From positions 1,248,001 to 1,312,000 of the forward strand of contig OZ244621.1 in the NCBI GenBank assembly GCA_965218425.1: a stretch of 64,000 bases of DNA, given 5' to 3'. Source of the DNA: an uncultured Candidatus Binatia bacterium. Lineage in GTDB: Bacteria > Desulfobacterota > Binatia > UBA9968 > CAXXLF01. Of the stretch, positions 41,522-52,013 are shown piece by piece. The stretch's first letter is position 1; each line of letters starts with the position of its first letter. The notes under the pieces were generated by a model that had not been told where the DNA came from, did no database searches, and saw only the letters and a program-made list of their open reading frames with translations. Position numbers and translations under genes: made by a program.

Positions 41522-43222
41522 TCATGTCCCTTTTCGCTTGCGAGGCTGCTTATTTCCTCGGGGATCGGCCTGCCCGCTGATAGCACCCTCTTGAACCAGG
41601 ACACCCTGTACGGTTCCTACGGAACGACTTTCCTTGATTCGATGTCCGCGCCGTTTCAGGGGAGCACGGGCTTCTTGAGGTATATCTCTCTCAACTCTCA
41701 GCTCATCGGGTTTCCATTGGTGATGGATCCGGGGAGCCGATACTGCTTCCTTGATGGGCATCCCGAAATCCAACGTGTTGAGAATGGTCTGAACTGTGGC
41801 GCTAATGATTCTAGGGCCTCCCGAAGCACCCACAATTAGAATCGGGCGGTCCCCTTCGAGAACGATGGTTGGAGTCATGCTGCTCAAGGGGGTCTTTTTG
41901 GGCGCAACGGAGTTGGCCCGCCCGCCGATCAAGCCATAGGTATTCGGCACCCCGGGCTTGATGGAGAAGTCATCCATCTCATTATTGAGAATGATACCCG
42001 TCTCCCTCACCATTACTTTCGAACCAAAGGTCGTGTTGATAGTTAAGCTGCATGAGACTGCATTTCCGTTGGCGTCTAACACTCCGAAATGAGTCGTTCC
42101 ACCATCCTTGGGACCAAAGGAGGCGAGACCATAGAAAGCAGGAGGTTGGGTCTTCACCGGGGAAATTCTTGAGCGAATCCAGGTGGCGTATTCCTTTGAC
42201 AAGAGTTTTTGGGTGGGAATCTCAACAAAATCCGGATCCCCCAGGTACTGAGCACGGTCAGCAAAAGCAAACTTTGAAGCCTCCGTCAGGAGGTGAAGAT
42301 AGGTGGCTGAGTTATGACCGAATTCATCGAGTTGGTAACCTTCCAGGACATTTAAGATCTGAAGGAGGGCAATCCCTCCCGAACTCGGAGGAGGCATGGT
42401 AACCACCGACCGATTCCGGTAGTTTCCCAGAATGGGTCCCCTCCAAACCGGTTTATACGCCTTGAGATCCTCAAGGGTTAATATTCCACCTGACTTTTTG
42501 AGGTGGTCAGCGATGGCAGCAGCAATCCACCCTTGGTAAAACACCTTTGGTCCTTCACGAGAAATAGCCTTTAACGTTTCACCTAACTCCGGCTGGCGGA
42601 CCATTTCCCCTTTCTTATAAGGTGTCCCATCAGCCTTGAGAAAGATTCGGGCAAAATTTGGATCCTTCCGAATAGTGGGAAGCTGACGATTCACTGCGCG
42701 GTAAAGTTTTGACTCGATCGGGAATCCTTTCTTTGCATAGCCAATGGCCGGAGAGATGACCGTCTCAAGCGGTAGGCTGCCAAATCGTTTGAGTACCTCC
42801 ACTAGCCCGGCAACTTCTCCAGGCACTGCGACGGCAAGGGCGCCCCTTCGGCTGAGCTTCGGTAGGGCGCGACCGTTTTTCACATAAGTATCCTTACCGG
42901 CCGCTGCAGGTGCCCTCTCACGAAAATCCAAGGCATGGGCTTTCCTTTCCTTGGATTGATAAATTACCATGAAGCCGCCGCCACCCAATCCCGAGGCGGC
43001 AGGACTCACCACCCCAAGGGCAAAGGCCGTAGCCACAGCGGCATCCACCGCGTTGCCTCCTTGCTCGAGGATCTTCATTCCAGCCTGCGACGCCAGTGAA
43101 TTGTCCGCGACAACGATCCCCTTCGACCCCTGCTGAGCGAATAGAGGGTTTACGGGTGCAAAATGGAGGAATAGAATAAAAAGAAAAACCGAAAGGCCCA
43201 GGAACTTACGTGTTAAAGGCAT
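41522..43222 (-). CDS. ggt: Gamma-glutamyltransferase (secreted)
   Basis: GGNAVDAAVA, PPPSSGG, TTHF (catalytic Thr), NNEMDDF and PLSSMTP motifs; signal peptide from the ATG at 43222. Confidence 0.95.
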   Translation of the reverse strand: MPLTRKFLGLSVFLFILFLHFAPVNPLFAQQGSKGIVVADNSLASQAGMKILEQGGNAVDAAVATAFALGVVSPAASGLGGGGFMVIYQSKERKAHALDFRERAPAAAGKDTYVKNGRALPKLSRRGALAVAVPGEVAGLVEVLKRFGSLPLETVISPAIGYAKKGFPIESKLYRAVNRQLPTIRKDPNFARIFLKADGTPYKKGEMVRQPELGETLKAISREGPKVFYQGWIAAAIADHLKKSGGILTLEDLKAYKPVWRGPILGNYRNRSVVTMPPPSSGGIALLQILNVLEGYQLDEFGHNSATYLHLLTEASKFAFADRAQYLGDPDFVEIPTQKLLSKEYATWIRSRISPVKTQPPAFYGLASFGPKDGGTTHFGVLDANGNAVSCSLTINTTFGSKVMVRETGIILNNEMDDFSIKPGVPNTYGLIGGRANSVAPKKTPLSSMTPTIVLEGDRPILIVGASGGPRIISATVQTILNTLDFGMPIKEAVSAPRIHHQWKPDELRVERDIPQEARAPLKRRGHRIKESRSVGTVQGVLVQEGAISGQADPRGNKQPRKRKGT

Positions 43223-43539
43223 GGAGGGACACTCACCTTCCTCTCGGATAAAATTCTTTGCGGGATTCTCACTAACGTATGAAGCCATGGCGGGCGTACA
43301 CTCGTGGTATCGATCATTTCTCCGACGAAACCAGGCCAAGTAGCCTCCCAAGATCGAACAGAGACGGAGGGTCCACCATGGGCACATAGCTCGTGGTCTT
43401 GTGCGAAGGCGGATAGAACACCATTTCTTATTTAAATCTTTATCCGTAGATTTGCAACCGCGATGGTTTTGACATAAACGCAGCCGGAGTTGTAAGGTAT
43501 CACTGCAAAAAGACTTAGAAAGGAGTGTCGATAAGTCGT

Positions 43540-43915
43540 ATGGGTTTGTATAAATTTTCCGGCTTCATTTTGGCCTTAACGATGGCGCTCTTAACCTTAG
43601 ATCGAGTTAGCGCCGGTTTTTAGGAGGAGAAGGAGCGCAAAGCAACTCACGATGAGGTGACGTATGAATTCGGCAAGCCACTACTGTCAGCCATCCTCAC
43701 GATAGTCAAACATCCTCTTCCGTGGACTCTTCTGCATTTCAGACGTGGAGACGGGCACTATCGCCATGGGGGCAAGCGCGGGACGAAGATACTCTCAGGT
43801 CGCGGACTTCATTGGGCAAGGTTGCCGACGTCCCTGAATTCTCGCACCCTGTACTACAAGGGAAGAACAACAAAAGGTAGAGAAACTCAGGGGGGGCTGC
43901 ATTCACCGATTATGA
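43540..43915 (+). pseudogene. Probable degraded gene for an exported/membrane protein
   Basis: AAGGAG and ATG at 43540, signal-peptide-like 27 aa, in-frame TAG at 43621, then the frame continues. A protein-like second frame (GLFCISDVETGTIAMGASAGRRYSQVADFIGQGCRRP*) follows. Confidence 0.45.
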
Positions 43916-44392
43916 TCAATGGTGAGCCCCGCCAATTCCACGTTTTTCAAAGTACTGCTGATGGTAGTCTTCGGCCGGGTAGAATTCAGCGACAGGCGCA
44001 ATATCTGTTACAACTGGATTTCTATAACGGCCGCTTTTCCCAAGCTTCTCCTTTGAAGTCTCCGCCCGAACCTTCTGTTGGTGATCGTGATAAAAAATAA
44101 CGGACCTGTACTGCTCCCCAACGTCCGGGCCCTGTCGGTTCATGGTAGTTGGATCGTGAACCTCCCAAAAAACCGCTAACAGATCATCGTAGGAAACCAT
44201 GGCGGGGTCAAATTCCACCTGAACCACTTCCGCATGTCCGGTTTCACCAGAGCACACATGCTCATAGGTAGGGTTTTGGAAAGAACCCCCGCAATAACCC
44301 ACAGTGGTGCTGATAACTCCGTTGACCCGACGAAACGCGGACTCAACCCCCCAAAAACATCCGGCTCCGAAAGTAGCCTTTTGACCTATCAT
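43916..44392 (-). CDS. msrA: Peptide-methionine (S)-S-oxide reductase (Cys form)
   Basis: GAGCFWG, TGHAE, RQGPDVGEQYRS and FYPAEDYHQQY motifs; GGAGG RBS. Confidence 0.95.
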   Translation of the reverse strand: MIGQKATFGAGCFWGVESAFRRVNGVISTTVGYCGGSFQNPTYEHVCSGETGHAEVVQVEFDPAMVSYDDLLAVFWEVHDPTTMNRQGPDVGEQYRSVIFYHDHQQKVRAETSKEKLGKSGRYRNPVVTDIAPVAEFYPAEDYHQQYFEKRGIGGAHH

Positions 44393-44796
44393 ATCCGCTC
44401 CTCCTTGGCTTTTAATCTGCACAAACAGGTATTATCCCCTGCCCTGGCAAATTTGTCACTCTTTACCTTGGACTTCAAATCAACAGAAATCACCATGGAA
44501 TAGATCCTCCCTTTCAACGCCGGCTCTAATACAACCAAGGTAGCTCCGTGAATGGAGAGCCCTAATCCTAGCAGTGGATCCGGCATGCTTTTTGGGGAAG
44601 CCCAACGGATGGCTATCAGCTCTCAGCCTTCAGCCATCAGCTCCGAACCCATTTCTGCCCGGCGCTAATTGTTTTGTTCTCGTAGTTTCGTCGTCATTAA
44701 TCCGTTATCTTATTACGCTCTGCGCTATGCCCTTTGCGCTTAGCGGTTTTGGCTCAGTCTCAGAACCCGTTACCCGTTGCTAACTTCGCACTGCTC

Positions 44797-45190
44797 TATT
44801 GCCCACGGCCTGAAAACTCGCTGCCCGAGGAGAGCAACAGCTCGAGATCCCGCCCATGTTGCCCCCGCGCAGGGAAGCGGGTGAATAACAACACGGCTCG
44901 TGGCTGAAGGCGCTCACCGAGCGGAACTGGACGGAGCGACGGGATACCCACCGAGGTCGGCGCCGCATGAAAGCCGCAGTCCGCCCACGTCAAATCTGAG
45001 ATCCGGAAGGTTCGTGCGTGCGCCGGCCCGGTGGGTCGTTGCGTGAGTCCCGTGAAGCGAGGAGAGTGCCGAAGCCCTTTAAGGCAGAACTCAATTGCCC
45101 ACTGACTAGCTTCGACGGTGAGCTCCCTTCAGGTCTGAGCCTCAGGGTCGAAGAGAGCCGAACCGAGAACTCGTTCCCCGAGGAAGATGC
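44797..45190. repeat. Structured non-coding repeat, locus B
   Basis: Contains the motif shared with 981-1019, a long stem 44947-44971/45011-45035, and a CTTCGAC...GTCGAAG palindrome (45110-45153) inside a second degenerate motif copy. Confidence 0.7.
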
Positions 45191-45247
45191 GGGCTCGGGG
45201 TGCCGCCCTTGAGCTGTTAGCAAGTCAATGCAATTATCAGCGTTATT

Positions 45248-46216
45248 ATGCCCGAACTCCCTGATGTGGTTATATACATCGAAGCTCTTAAGTCCCGGAT
45301 TGTCTCCCAGCCCCTGGAGGGTATCCGATTGGCGAGTCCTTTTTTGCTTCGCTCGGTGGATCCGCCCATCCATGAAGCGCAAGGGAAAAGAGTCCTCGGT
45401 CTTCGCAGACTGGGCAAGAGAATTGTGTTCCACCTCCAGGGGGATCTATTCCTAGTATTTCATCTGATGATCGCAGGACGCTTTCACTGGAAAAGTGCTG
45501 GCGCCAAAGTTCCCGGGCGACTTGGTCTCGCGGCCTTCGACTTCCCCTCCGGAACATTGATTCTAACCGAGGCTGGGACACGCAAACGGGCCTCCCTTCA
45601 TCTCGTGGGGGGCCATGAGGCGTTGCGAAAGCAAGATCCAGGTGGAGTGGAGGTGCTTGAATCGGATCTCGCGACGTTTCGAAACGCGCTGACCCGGGAG
45701 AACCATACCCTAAAGCGAGCGTTAACGGATCCCCGTCTCTTCAGCGGAATAGGGAACGCCTACTCCGACGAGATCCTCCACCGGGCACGACTCTCACCCG
45801 TACGGCTAACCCGGCAACTTGGGGATATGGAGATCGAATCCCTTTACCAGGCTGTGCGTAGCACTCTACAGGAGTGGACGGAGCGGCTCCGGATCCAAGC
45901 AGCCGAAGGCTTTCCTGAGAAGGTTATCGCGTTCCGGGACGGCATGGCAGTACACGGCCGACACCGCAAGCCCTGTCCCGTTTGCGGTTCTGCGGTACAG
46001 CGGATTGTTTACGCGGAAAACGAGACTAACTACTGCGCGCCGTGCCAGTCAGGGGGCAAACTCTTAGCCGACAGAGCCCTGTCACGGCTCCTCAGGGAGG
46101 ATTGGCCCAGGACCCTCGAGGAGTGGGAGGACATTAAAGCAGTCCGGGCACTGGGCTCGGCTACCACGAATCATGAAGGCAACGTGAAACAGAGGCGCCG
46201 CCGACCCGGCGACTAA
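45248..46216 (+). CDS. Fpg/Nei family DNA glycosylase
   Basis: MPELPDV N-terminus, HLMIAG, GIGNAYSDEIL H2TH motif and a CPVCG...CAPCQ zinc finger. Confidence 0.92.
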   Translation: MPELPDVVIYIEALKSRIVSQPLEGIRLASPFLLRSVDPPIHEAQGKRVLGLRRLGKRIVFHLQGDLFLVFHLMIAGRFHWKSAGAKVPGRLGLAAFDFPSGTLILTEAGTRKRASLHLVGGHEALRKQDPGGVEVLESDLATFRNALTRENHTLKRALTDPRLFSGIGNAYSDEILHRARLSPVRLTRQLGDMEIESLYQAVRSTLQEWTERLRIQAAEGFPEKVIAFRDGMAVHGRHRKPCPVCGSAVQRIVYAENETNYCAPCQSGGKLLADRALSRLLREDWPRTLEEWEDIKAVRALGSATTNHEGNVKQRRRRPGD

Positions 46217-46218
46217 CT

Positions 46219-46854
46219 CTACTTTGCTTCCCTGATCATATTCAGGACTTGATCCGTGGTTCGAACGCGGGCCATGCGGGGAAAGACCAAGTCCATCAGA
46301 GCGTCAAGGGCGCGCTGGTCGTGGGAGGTGGTGCACGCATCGCGTACGATGACCATGTTGTAATCTGCATCCCTGCCGGAATAGACAGTGGACGCTACGC
46401 CCACCTCAGTGGAGCCACCCGAGATGATGATGGTGTCGATCCCGCGAGCCCGCAAGGACAAGTCCAGGCATGTCTGGTAAAAGGCGCTCCAACGGTACTT
46501 GGGGATGTAGTAGTCCTCGGGGCGGGGGTCAAGCTCAGATGGGATCTCGGAGCTACTGTGCCCTGCCATGATACTCGGCTTGTTTTTTGTAATGATACCA
46601 TCGGGCCATGGTTGGAGACCCATGGTGGTATCGGTGATAATGGTGGCAGAGGAGGCACCATCCGGTCGGTGGTTACCCTTGGCAAAGAAAATCGGGATAC
46701 GAGCCGCCCGTGCGGCTTTCATGAGGCGTATGGAATTGTCTGCCATTGGCCTTATGGCCGGTTTGATGGCGCCCTCAGGGGTGTACCAGTAGCCTTTTAA
46801 GGTATCGAAATAGAGAATCGCTGTTTTTTCCAGCTCCATGTCATTGAGACCCAT
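46219..46854 (-). CDS. Cysteine hydrolase / isochorismatase family protein (read in-frame with trmJ in this sequence)
   Basis: KYRWSAFY, GGSTEVGVAST and VRDAC motifs; has its own AAGGAGG RBS and ATG at 46854. Confidence 0.85.
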   Translation of the reverse strand: MGLNDMELEKTAILYFDTLKGYWYTPEGAIKPAIRPMADNSIRLMKAARAARIPIFFAKGNHRPDGASSATIITDTTMGLQPWPDGIITKNKPSIMAGHSSSEIPSELDPRPEDYYIPKYRWSAFYQTCLDLSLRARGIDTIIISGGSTEVGVASTVYSGRDADYNMVIVRDACTTSHDQRALDALMDLVFPRMARVRTTDQVLNMIREAK

Positions 46855-47637
46855 TGATCTATACCTCCTTAGATTAGCGTATTTTGACTCCTTGCCTTTT
46901 TTTTCCTCCGCCACTTTCCATCCTCCTTCTGCGTACCATTCTACTTGACGAAAGAGGCCCATGAGAATTCGGACGTCTTTTTCCTCTAGACCGGCTCGGC
47001 CGAGGATACGGCGCAGGGCTAAAAGAATATGATCGGGATTGTGGGAGTCCAGGAAGCCGATTTTAAGTAGAGAGCTCCTCATCTTGTCAAATAGCCGCTC
47101 GACGTTTTCCGCACGAGCACGGTGTAGCGCCTCATGGGAGACGCTTTCCATGGAGGCTAGGAACAGCTCGTAGAGGCAAACCATGACCGCCTGAGCCATG
47201 TTGAGGGAAGGATAGTCGGGGTGGGTGGGGATCGTGATTAGACCCTGGCAGTACCTGAGGTCCCGTCTGTCCAGACCGTGGTCCTCCGGTCCAAAGACCA
47301 GTGCCACGGGGGGCGAATTGCCGTCGGCGGCTGCGACCATTTTCGGAGCGACATCCCTCAGAGGTCGGCTGTGGCTTCGATAGAGCCCGCCCCGGCAGGT
47401 GGTGCCCATGACCAAACCGCAATCGGCCACCGCTTCACGCAAGGTGTCGAACCTCCGAGTCTCCTTGAGCAACTCCTTAGCGTGAACGGCCATGGCCCTG
47501 GCCCAGAAACTCTGAGTCCGTCCCTTACCCACGATGGCCAGGTCTCTGAGCCCTGTGTTTTTCATGGACCGAGCCACCGCTCCAATGTTGCCGGAGCCCC
47601 TAGGTCTGACCAGTACAATACGAATGTTCTCTAACAT
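46855..47637 (-). CDS. trmJ: SPOUT RNA methyltransferase TrmJ/LasT (no stop in this frame before the next gene)
   Basis: IVLVRP--SGNIGAVAR-MKN, FGPEDHGL and YPSLNMAQAV motifs. Confidence 0.85.
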
Positions 47638-47658
47638 ATTCTGTCCCTGTCCGTTCCC

Positions 47659-48315
47659 CTACTGCCTGGCGAAGGGACATAGCCTGTTTTTGAGGATCAC
47701 TTCACGGCTACGCTGATCAAACTCTGTCCTGTAAGCGAAATTGCGGTTCATGATGGATGTGGGATCGTCGTTATGTTCGGCGCCAAAGACATGCCCCATT
47801 TCATGGATCACCGCCAAGACGTCCCATTCGATGTCAGGGGATTGGGACCGGTAACGAAAGGGATCCGTCACGGCGCTCACCATGTAACTGGCTAATCCCT
47901 CCTGACAGTCTCCTAGACGATCGACCCGTGCCCTGCCACTTCCGATTCGGTCCACACTTTCCCCGGTAAAGCCAATGATCATGTCAAACTCTTCCTTCCT
48001 CTCCTTTAGAGGAAACTTTTCTTTAAGCCGAGCGAGCAAAACCCGGGTGGACTTACTCCTTTCCACCAGCGGCCATGGGGAGACTTTCGCCACCATAAAG
48101 CTAATTCTAAATTCCCTTTCAAAGTAATCCGAGGTTGCCTGAACCAATCCCTTCACGGTATTTGTCCAATTGCGATCGGCCTGTTGCAAGGAGGAATCAC
48201 CCAACACCTCCACACGAACCACCCGCAGGGGTTTCCCTTGCGGCGTTGGGCCCACGGCGCAAGATGACCCCAGCAGAAGAACCAAACCAACCCCTACTCG
48301 ACAAATGTTTGCCAA
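47659..48315 (-). CDS. Zincin metallopeptidase lipoprotein (matrixin/M12-like)
   Basis: HEMGHVFGAEH plus Met-turn (SIM); lipobox-like LLLGSSC; start uncertain. Confidence 0.75.
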   Translation of the reverse strand: MANICRVGVGLVLLLGSSCAVGPTPQGKPLRVVRVEVLGDSSLQQADRNWTNTVKGLVQATSDYFEREFRISFMVAKVSPWPLVERSKSTRVLLARLKEKFPLKERKEEFDMIIGFTGESVDRIGSGRARVDRLGDCQEGLASYMVSAVTDPFRYRSQSPDIEWDVLAVIHEMGHVFGAEHNDDPTSIMNRNFAYRTEFDQRSREVILKNRLCPFARQ

Positions 48316-48331
48316 TTCAATTGGTTTGTGG

Positions 48332-49870
48332 CTAGTAATTTTGCAAAAGGCTATCCGTGGGTGCGTAGTCATCCGTGAGTTCAGGGACATCATCAGCGGG
48401 AATGGGTCCGTCGTAGTAGGAATCGGTGATATCCTTCAGGGAATCGGGAAACAATCCACGCCCCAGGGATGCGGCCCGTTTCATGATCTCCTGGATACTC
48501 ACTCTCGTGGGATCTTTACTGGCCACGATGATGACGTTTTGAGAATTCCACAGACTATCTTCGTCCGACCCGAGAGTTGGAAAGATGTAAATCTGTGGGA
48601 AAATACCCCTAATGGTCTTAATCATGGAACGCACAATCTTACTCCTCGGGCCAGTCACGGAACCAATCATATTGACCACTACGGCTCCATTTGAAGTGAG
48701 CTTGCCGTGTGCAATCTGAAAGAACTCCCGCGTGGTGAGATGAAACGGCACGGCGTCCGCATAATAGGCGTCAAGCAGGATAATGTCGTAAAGCCGAGGT
48801 GCACGCATCAAAAAAAGGCGGCCGTCCTGGGCGTGGACCCTTACGTTCTTGCTTTCTTTGAAATGAAAATATTTCTTTGCCACATGGATGACCTCCGGGT
48901 CGATCTCTGCCACGTCGAGATCCATGGAGGGGAACTCGTGGCTGTATTTTTTGGCAATGGAACCGCCCCCCAGACCAATGATCAGTACCTTTTGGGGGAC
49001 AGGCTTTAGCGTGAGTCCCACAGAGGTGAAGCGCGGGTAACTCAGCCGCAATGAAGTGGGATCGTCCAAATTCATGGCGCTCTGAAGCGTGCGGTCGAAA
49101 TAGAGGTATCGGGCCTCGGAGTCCTGCTCGACCCGGATCCTGTGATAGAAGGTGTCCTTCTCAAAGATGATCTTTGCCCTAGCCAAGCCCGTGGAGGCCA
49201 TAAATCCAGATACCATAGCCAGCCAGAAAATTGTAACAGCTCTCCTGGAGCGGTGCAGGTAAAAGACCGCACCGGTGAGCAGGGTCAGACACAGGAGGGT
49301 CAGGCCTAGGGAGTGGACGATCCCAGTAACACCGAGAATAGGGATCAGATAAAAGGCGGTGAACAGGGTTCCAAAGATACTTCCCGCGGTGGACAGGGCG
49401 TAAAGAGTGCCGACGGTACTTCCAACGGTGGTGAGGGCCGTGGCGCTAAGGCGAACGGCGTAAGGTGAAACGGTACCCAAAAAAATGCTGGGGGGTAGGA
49501 AATAGATCATGCTGGCTATGAGGGGGTTCATTCTATTACCGAAATTTACATTGGCAATCCAGTAATTGACATGGGGATAAATGAAAGGGAGGAAAAAAAT
49601 GAGTACGCCGGGGATCACGAGCAGTACGAGAAGCCCCAGAAAGGAAGGACTACGGGTGGAAAGCCAACCACCCCAGTAATAACCGAGGCTCAGAGCCGCC
49701 AGTACTACGGAGATCAAGCTCCCCCAGACAAAAATAGAATTACCGAAGTAAGGGGCAAGGACCCGGCTACCAATAATTTCGAGACCCATGAGCACGGCTC
49801 CGCTAATAAAGACAATAAAATGTAGTAGACATTGATTTTTCATGGATGTGCATCCTTGGCCTTTGAACAA
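48332..49870 (-). CDS. Membrane domain fused to a spermidine-synthase-like SAM-binding domain
   Basis: About 7 TMs (MGLEIIGSRVLAPYFG) followed by IIGLGGGS, EIDPEV and DIILLDAY motifs. Confidence 0.85.
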   Translation of the reverse strand: MFKGQGCTSMKNQCLLHFIVFISGAVLMGLEIIGSRVLAPYFGNSIFVWGSLISVVLAALSLGYYWGGWLSTRSPSFLGLLVLLVIPGVLIFFLPFIYPHVNYWIANVNFGNRMNPLIASMIYFLPPSIFLGTVSPYAVRLSATALTTVGSTVGTLYALSTAGSIFGTLFTAFYLIPILGVTGIVHSLGLTLLCLTLLTGAVFYLHRSRRAVTIFWLAMVSGFMASTGLARAKIIFEKDTFYHRIRVEQDSEARYLYFDRTLQSAMNLDDPTSLRLSYPRFTSVGLTLKPVPQKVLIIGLGGGSIAKKYSHEFPSMDLDVAEIDPEVIHVAKKYFHFKESKNVRVHAQDGRLFLMRAPRLYDIILLDAYYADAVPFHLTTREFFQIAHGKLTSNGAVVVNMIGSVTGPRSKIVRSMIKTIRGIFPQIYIFPTLGSDEDSLWNSQNVIIVASKDPTRVSIQEIMKRAASLGRGLFPDSLKDITDSYYDGPIPADDVPELTDDYAPTDSLLQNY

Positions 49871-51892
49871 TCAGATTCCCCATGTTTCTTGCTCACCTTC
49901 TTCCACTAGAGAGACCGGCTCCAATAGTTCCTCGGGAATGTCCTCGATAAACTGAGACGGGCGGGAGAGTACCGTGGACATGGAACGGTCGTAAACCTTG
50001 ATGGGGTAGCTAATGTAAAGATTCTCTTTTGCCCTAGTGGCTGCCACGTAGAGCAGCCTTCTTTCTTCCTCCAACTCTTCCTCCGTGTTGACGTTGTAAA
50101 AGGATGGGAATCGACCCTCTAAAGCCCAAATGATAAAGACGGAATTCCATTCCAATCCTTTAGCGGAATGGATGGTGGAAAGCACTAGGGGACCTTCGTC
50201 GGGGTCCACGGCCAGCACACCCCCCACGCTATCCGAAGGAGGTTCTAGAGCCATGTCGCTGAGGAGCCGTTCGAGGCTGGCGTACCGCTCGGTCATGCTC
50301 AGGAAATGTTCGAGATCTCTGGCACGTTTGGGGTGGTCATCGGGGTATTTCCGCTTGAGGATGGGCAGATAGTACTGGGTCAAGTATTGGGCTTGTTGAG
50401 GCGGACGAGTCCACTCCTCGCAAGCCTCCAGAACCTGAGCCAATGTCTTTAAACCCACGGCAACCTTTCCTTTGGCATTAAAAGAACGGAGTCTCTCCCA
50501 GGGAAGTTCTCCCTCTGACATCCATTGGATCACCTTCTGGCACAACTGCGGTCCGACACCTTCCAGTAACAAAAGCGCGCGGCCCCACGAAACGGTGTCC
50601 CGCGGATTATAGGTGATCCTGAGATGGGCAAGAAGGTCCTTGATGTGAGCGCTCTCCATAAATTGAAAACCTCCGCGCTTGACGAAGGGTATATTGTGCC
50701 GGGTCAACTCGATCTCCAAGTCAAAGGAATGGAAACTGGAACGAAACAACACCGCAATATCCCAAAGGGGGACCCCTTCTTCTCTCAGCTCCAGCACCTT
50801 CTGGCAAACGAAGCGGGACTGCATCTGCTCATTCTCTGCTCGGACCAACAATGGGACCTCTCCATTACTCTTGCGGGTAAAGAGGTTCTTGTCATATCTT
50901 TCCTTTGCCCGACGTATGATTTCGTTAGTAAAACTGAGGACAGGTTGTGTGCTGCGATAGTTCTCTTCCAGATAGATGAGTTTGGTGCCGGGAAAATCCG
51001 TTGGGAAATCCATAATATTACGGAAATTGGCCCCCCGGAAAGAGTAGATGCTCTGGGCGTCGTCTCCCACCACCATGACGTTATTGTGGGTGGCAGCCAA
51101 TAGGCGGATGATCTGGGACTGAAGGCGATTGGTGTCCTGGTATTCGTCCACCAGAATATAGCGGTAACGGTCGGACAGATGGCAGCGCACCTCCTCGTGG
51201 TCCGAGAGGAGATCTCTGAGCTGGATCAACAGGTCATCATAGTCCAGCAGGATTCTTCCCCGCTTATAGTCTGTGTAGCGTTGGCATAGGGTGAGGAGGT
51301 CGTCGAGGAACTCGAAGAGGTGGGGGTAGTCCTTCTCGATGAGATCCGAGATGGACGACTGCTTGTTGAGGGCCATGCTGTGAATCTCCGCCACTGTCTG
51401 CTTTCGGGGAAATCTTTTCTCCTTGGTATTGAGTCCCATTGTTGTGCGCAGGTGCTGTATGACATCCTCGCTGTCCGTTCGGTCCATGATGCTGAAGGCA
51501 CCCGCAAGGCCAAGTTTTCGTCCGTACTGACGCAAGACCATATTGGCAAAGGAATGAAAGGTTCCACCGGCCACTTTCTCGCAACGGTTATCCATGAGGA
51601 GGCTGGCCCTCCTGAGCATTTCTTCAGCAGCTCGACGGGTAAAGGTCAGCAGCAAGATGGATTGGGGGTCGACTCCCAGGTCCACCAGACGTGCCACGCG
51701 GTATACGAGAGTCCGGGTCTTGCCTGTGCCAGCACCGGCAATCACCAGGAGTGGTCCGTCCATGGTGGTCACTGCGGCGTGTTGTCCATCGTTTAGTTCC
51801 TCCCGGTAATCAATGCCCGAGGGACTGCGGGGCGGTTCGCCACTTCTCTTTAAAAGATACTTTCGCTCCAAATGAACTCCTCCAATTGCCAC
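49871..51892 (-). CDS. UvrD/PcrA-family SF1 DNA helicase
   Basis: AGAGTGKT, VDEYQDTN, GDDAQSIYSFRGA, ENYRS, TIHSAKGLEW and YVAATRAK motifs. Confidence 0.95.
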   Translation of the reverse strand: MAIGGVHLERKYLLKRSGEPPRSPSGIDYREELNDGQHAAVTTMDGPLLVIAGAGTGKTRTLVYRVARLVDLGVDPQSILLLTFTRRAAEEMLRRASLLMDNRCEKVAGGTFHSFANMVLRQYGRKLGLAGAFSIMDRTDSEDVIQHLRTTMGLNTKEKRFPRKQTVAEIHSMALNKQSSISDLIEKDYPHLFEFLDDLLTLCQRYTDYKRGRILLDYDDLLIQLRDLLSDHEEVRCHLSDRYRYILVDEYQDTNRLQSQIIRLLAATHNNVMVVGDDAQSIYSFRGANFRNIMDFPTDFPGTKLIYLEENYRSTQPVLSFTNEIIRRAKERYDKNLFTRKSNGEVPLLVRAENEQMQSRFVCQKVLELREEGVPLWDIAVLFRSSFHSFDLEIELTRHNIPFVKRGGFQFMESAHIKDLLAHLRITYNPRDTVSWGRALLLLEGVGPQLCQKVIQWMSEGELPWERLRSFNAKGKVAVGLKTLAQVLEACEEWTRPPQQAQYLTQYYLPILKRKYPDDHPKRARDLEHFLSMTERYASLERLLSDMALEPPSDSVGGVLAVDPDEGPLVLSTIHSAKGLEWNSVFIIWALEGRFPSFYNVNTEEELEEERRLLYVAATRAKENLYISYPIKVYDRSMSTVLSRPSQFIEDIPEELLEPVSLVEEGEQETWGI

Positions 51893-52013
51893 TAAACCTA
51901 CTAATTTTCCGTAACAGGGGCAAGGTGCCGTGCAACTCGGTAACCGAGGCTAGGGGTAGTGGGTTGCATGGATCTGTTGCTTTTCTGTGGTATTTTTTCT
52001 ACAAGGGCGAAAT

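Noticed and set aside
43621..43623. Pyrrolysine or amber recoding
   Set aside because: There are no pyl genes in the window, and additional downstream disruptions point to decay.
43916..44392. MsrA (or the GST) as selenoproteins
   Set aside because: Both have Cys codons at the active site and uninterrupted frames.
44995..45020. SRP RNA-like TCCGGAAGG
   Set aside because: It lacks the flanking CAGG and AGCAG of SRP helix 8.
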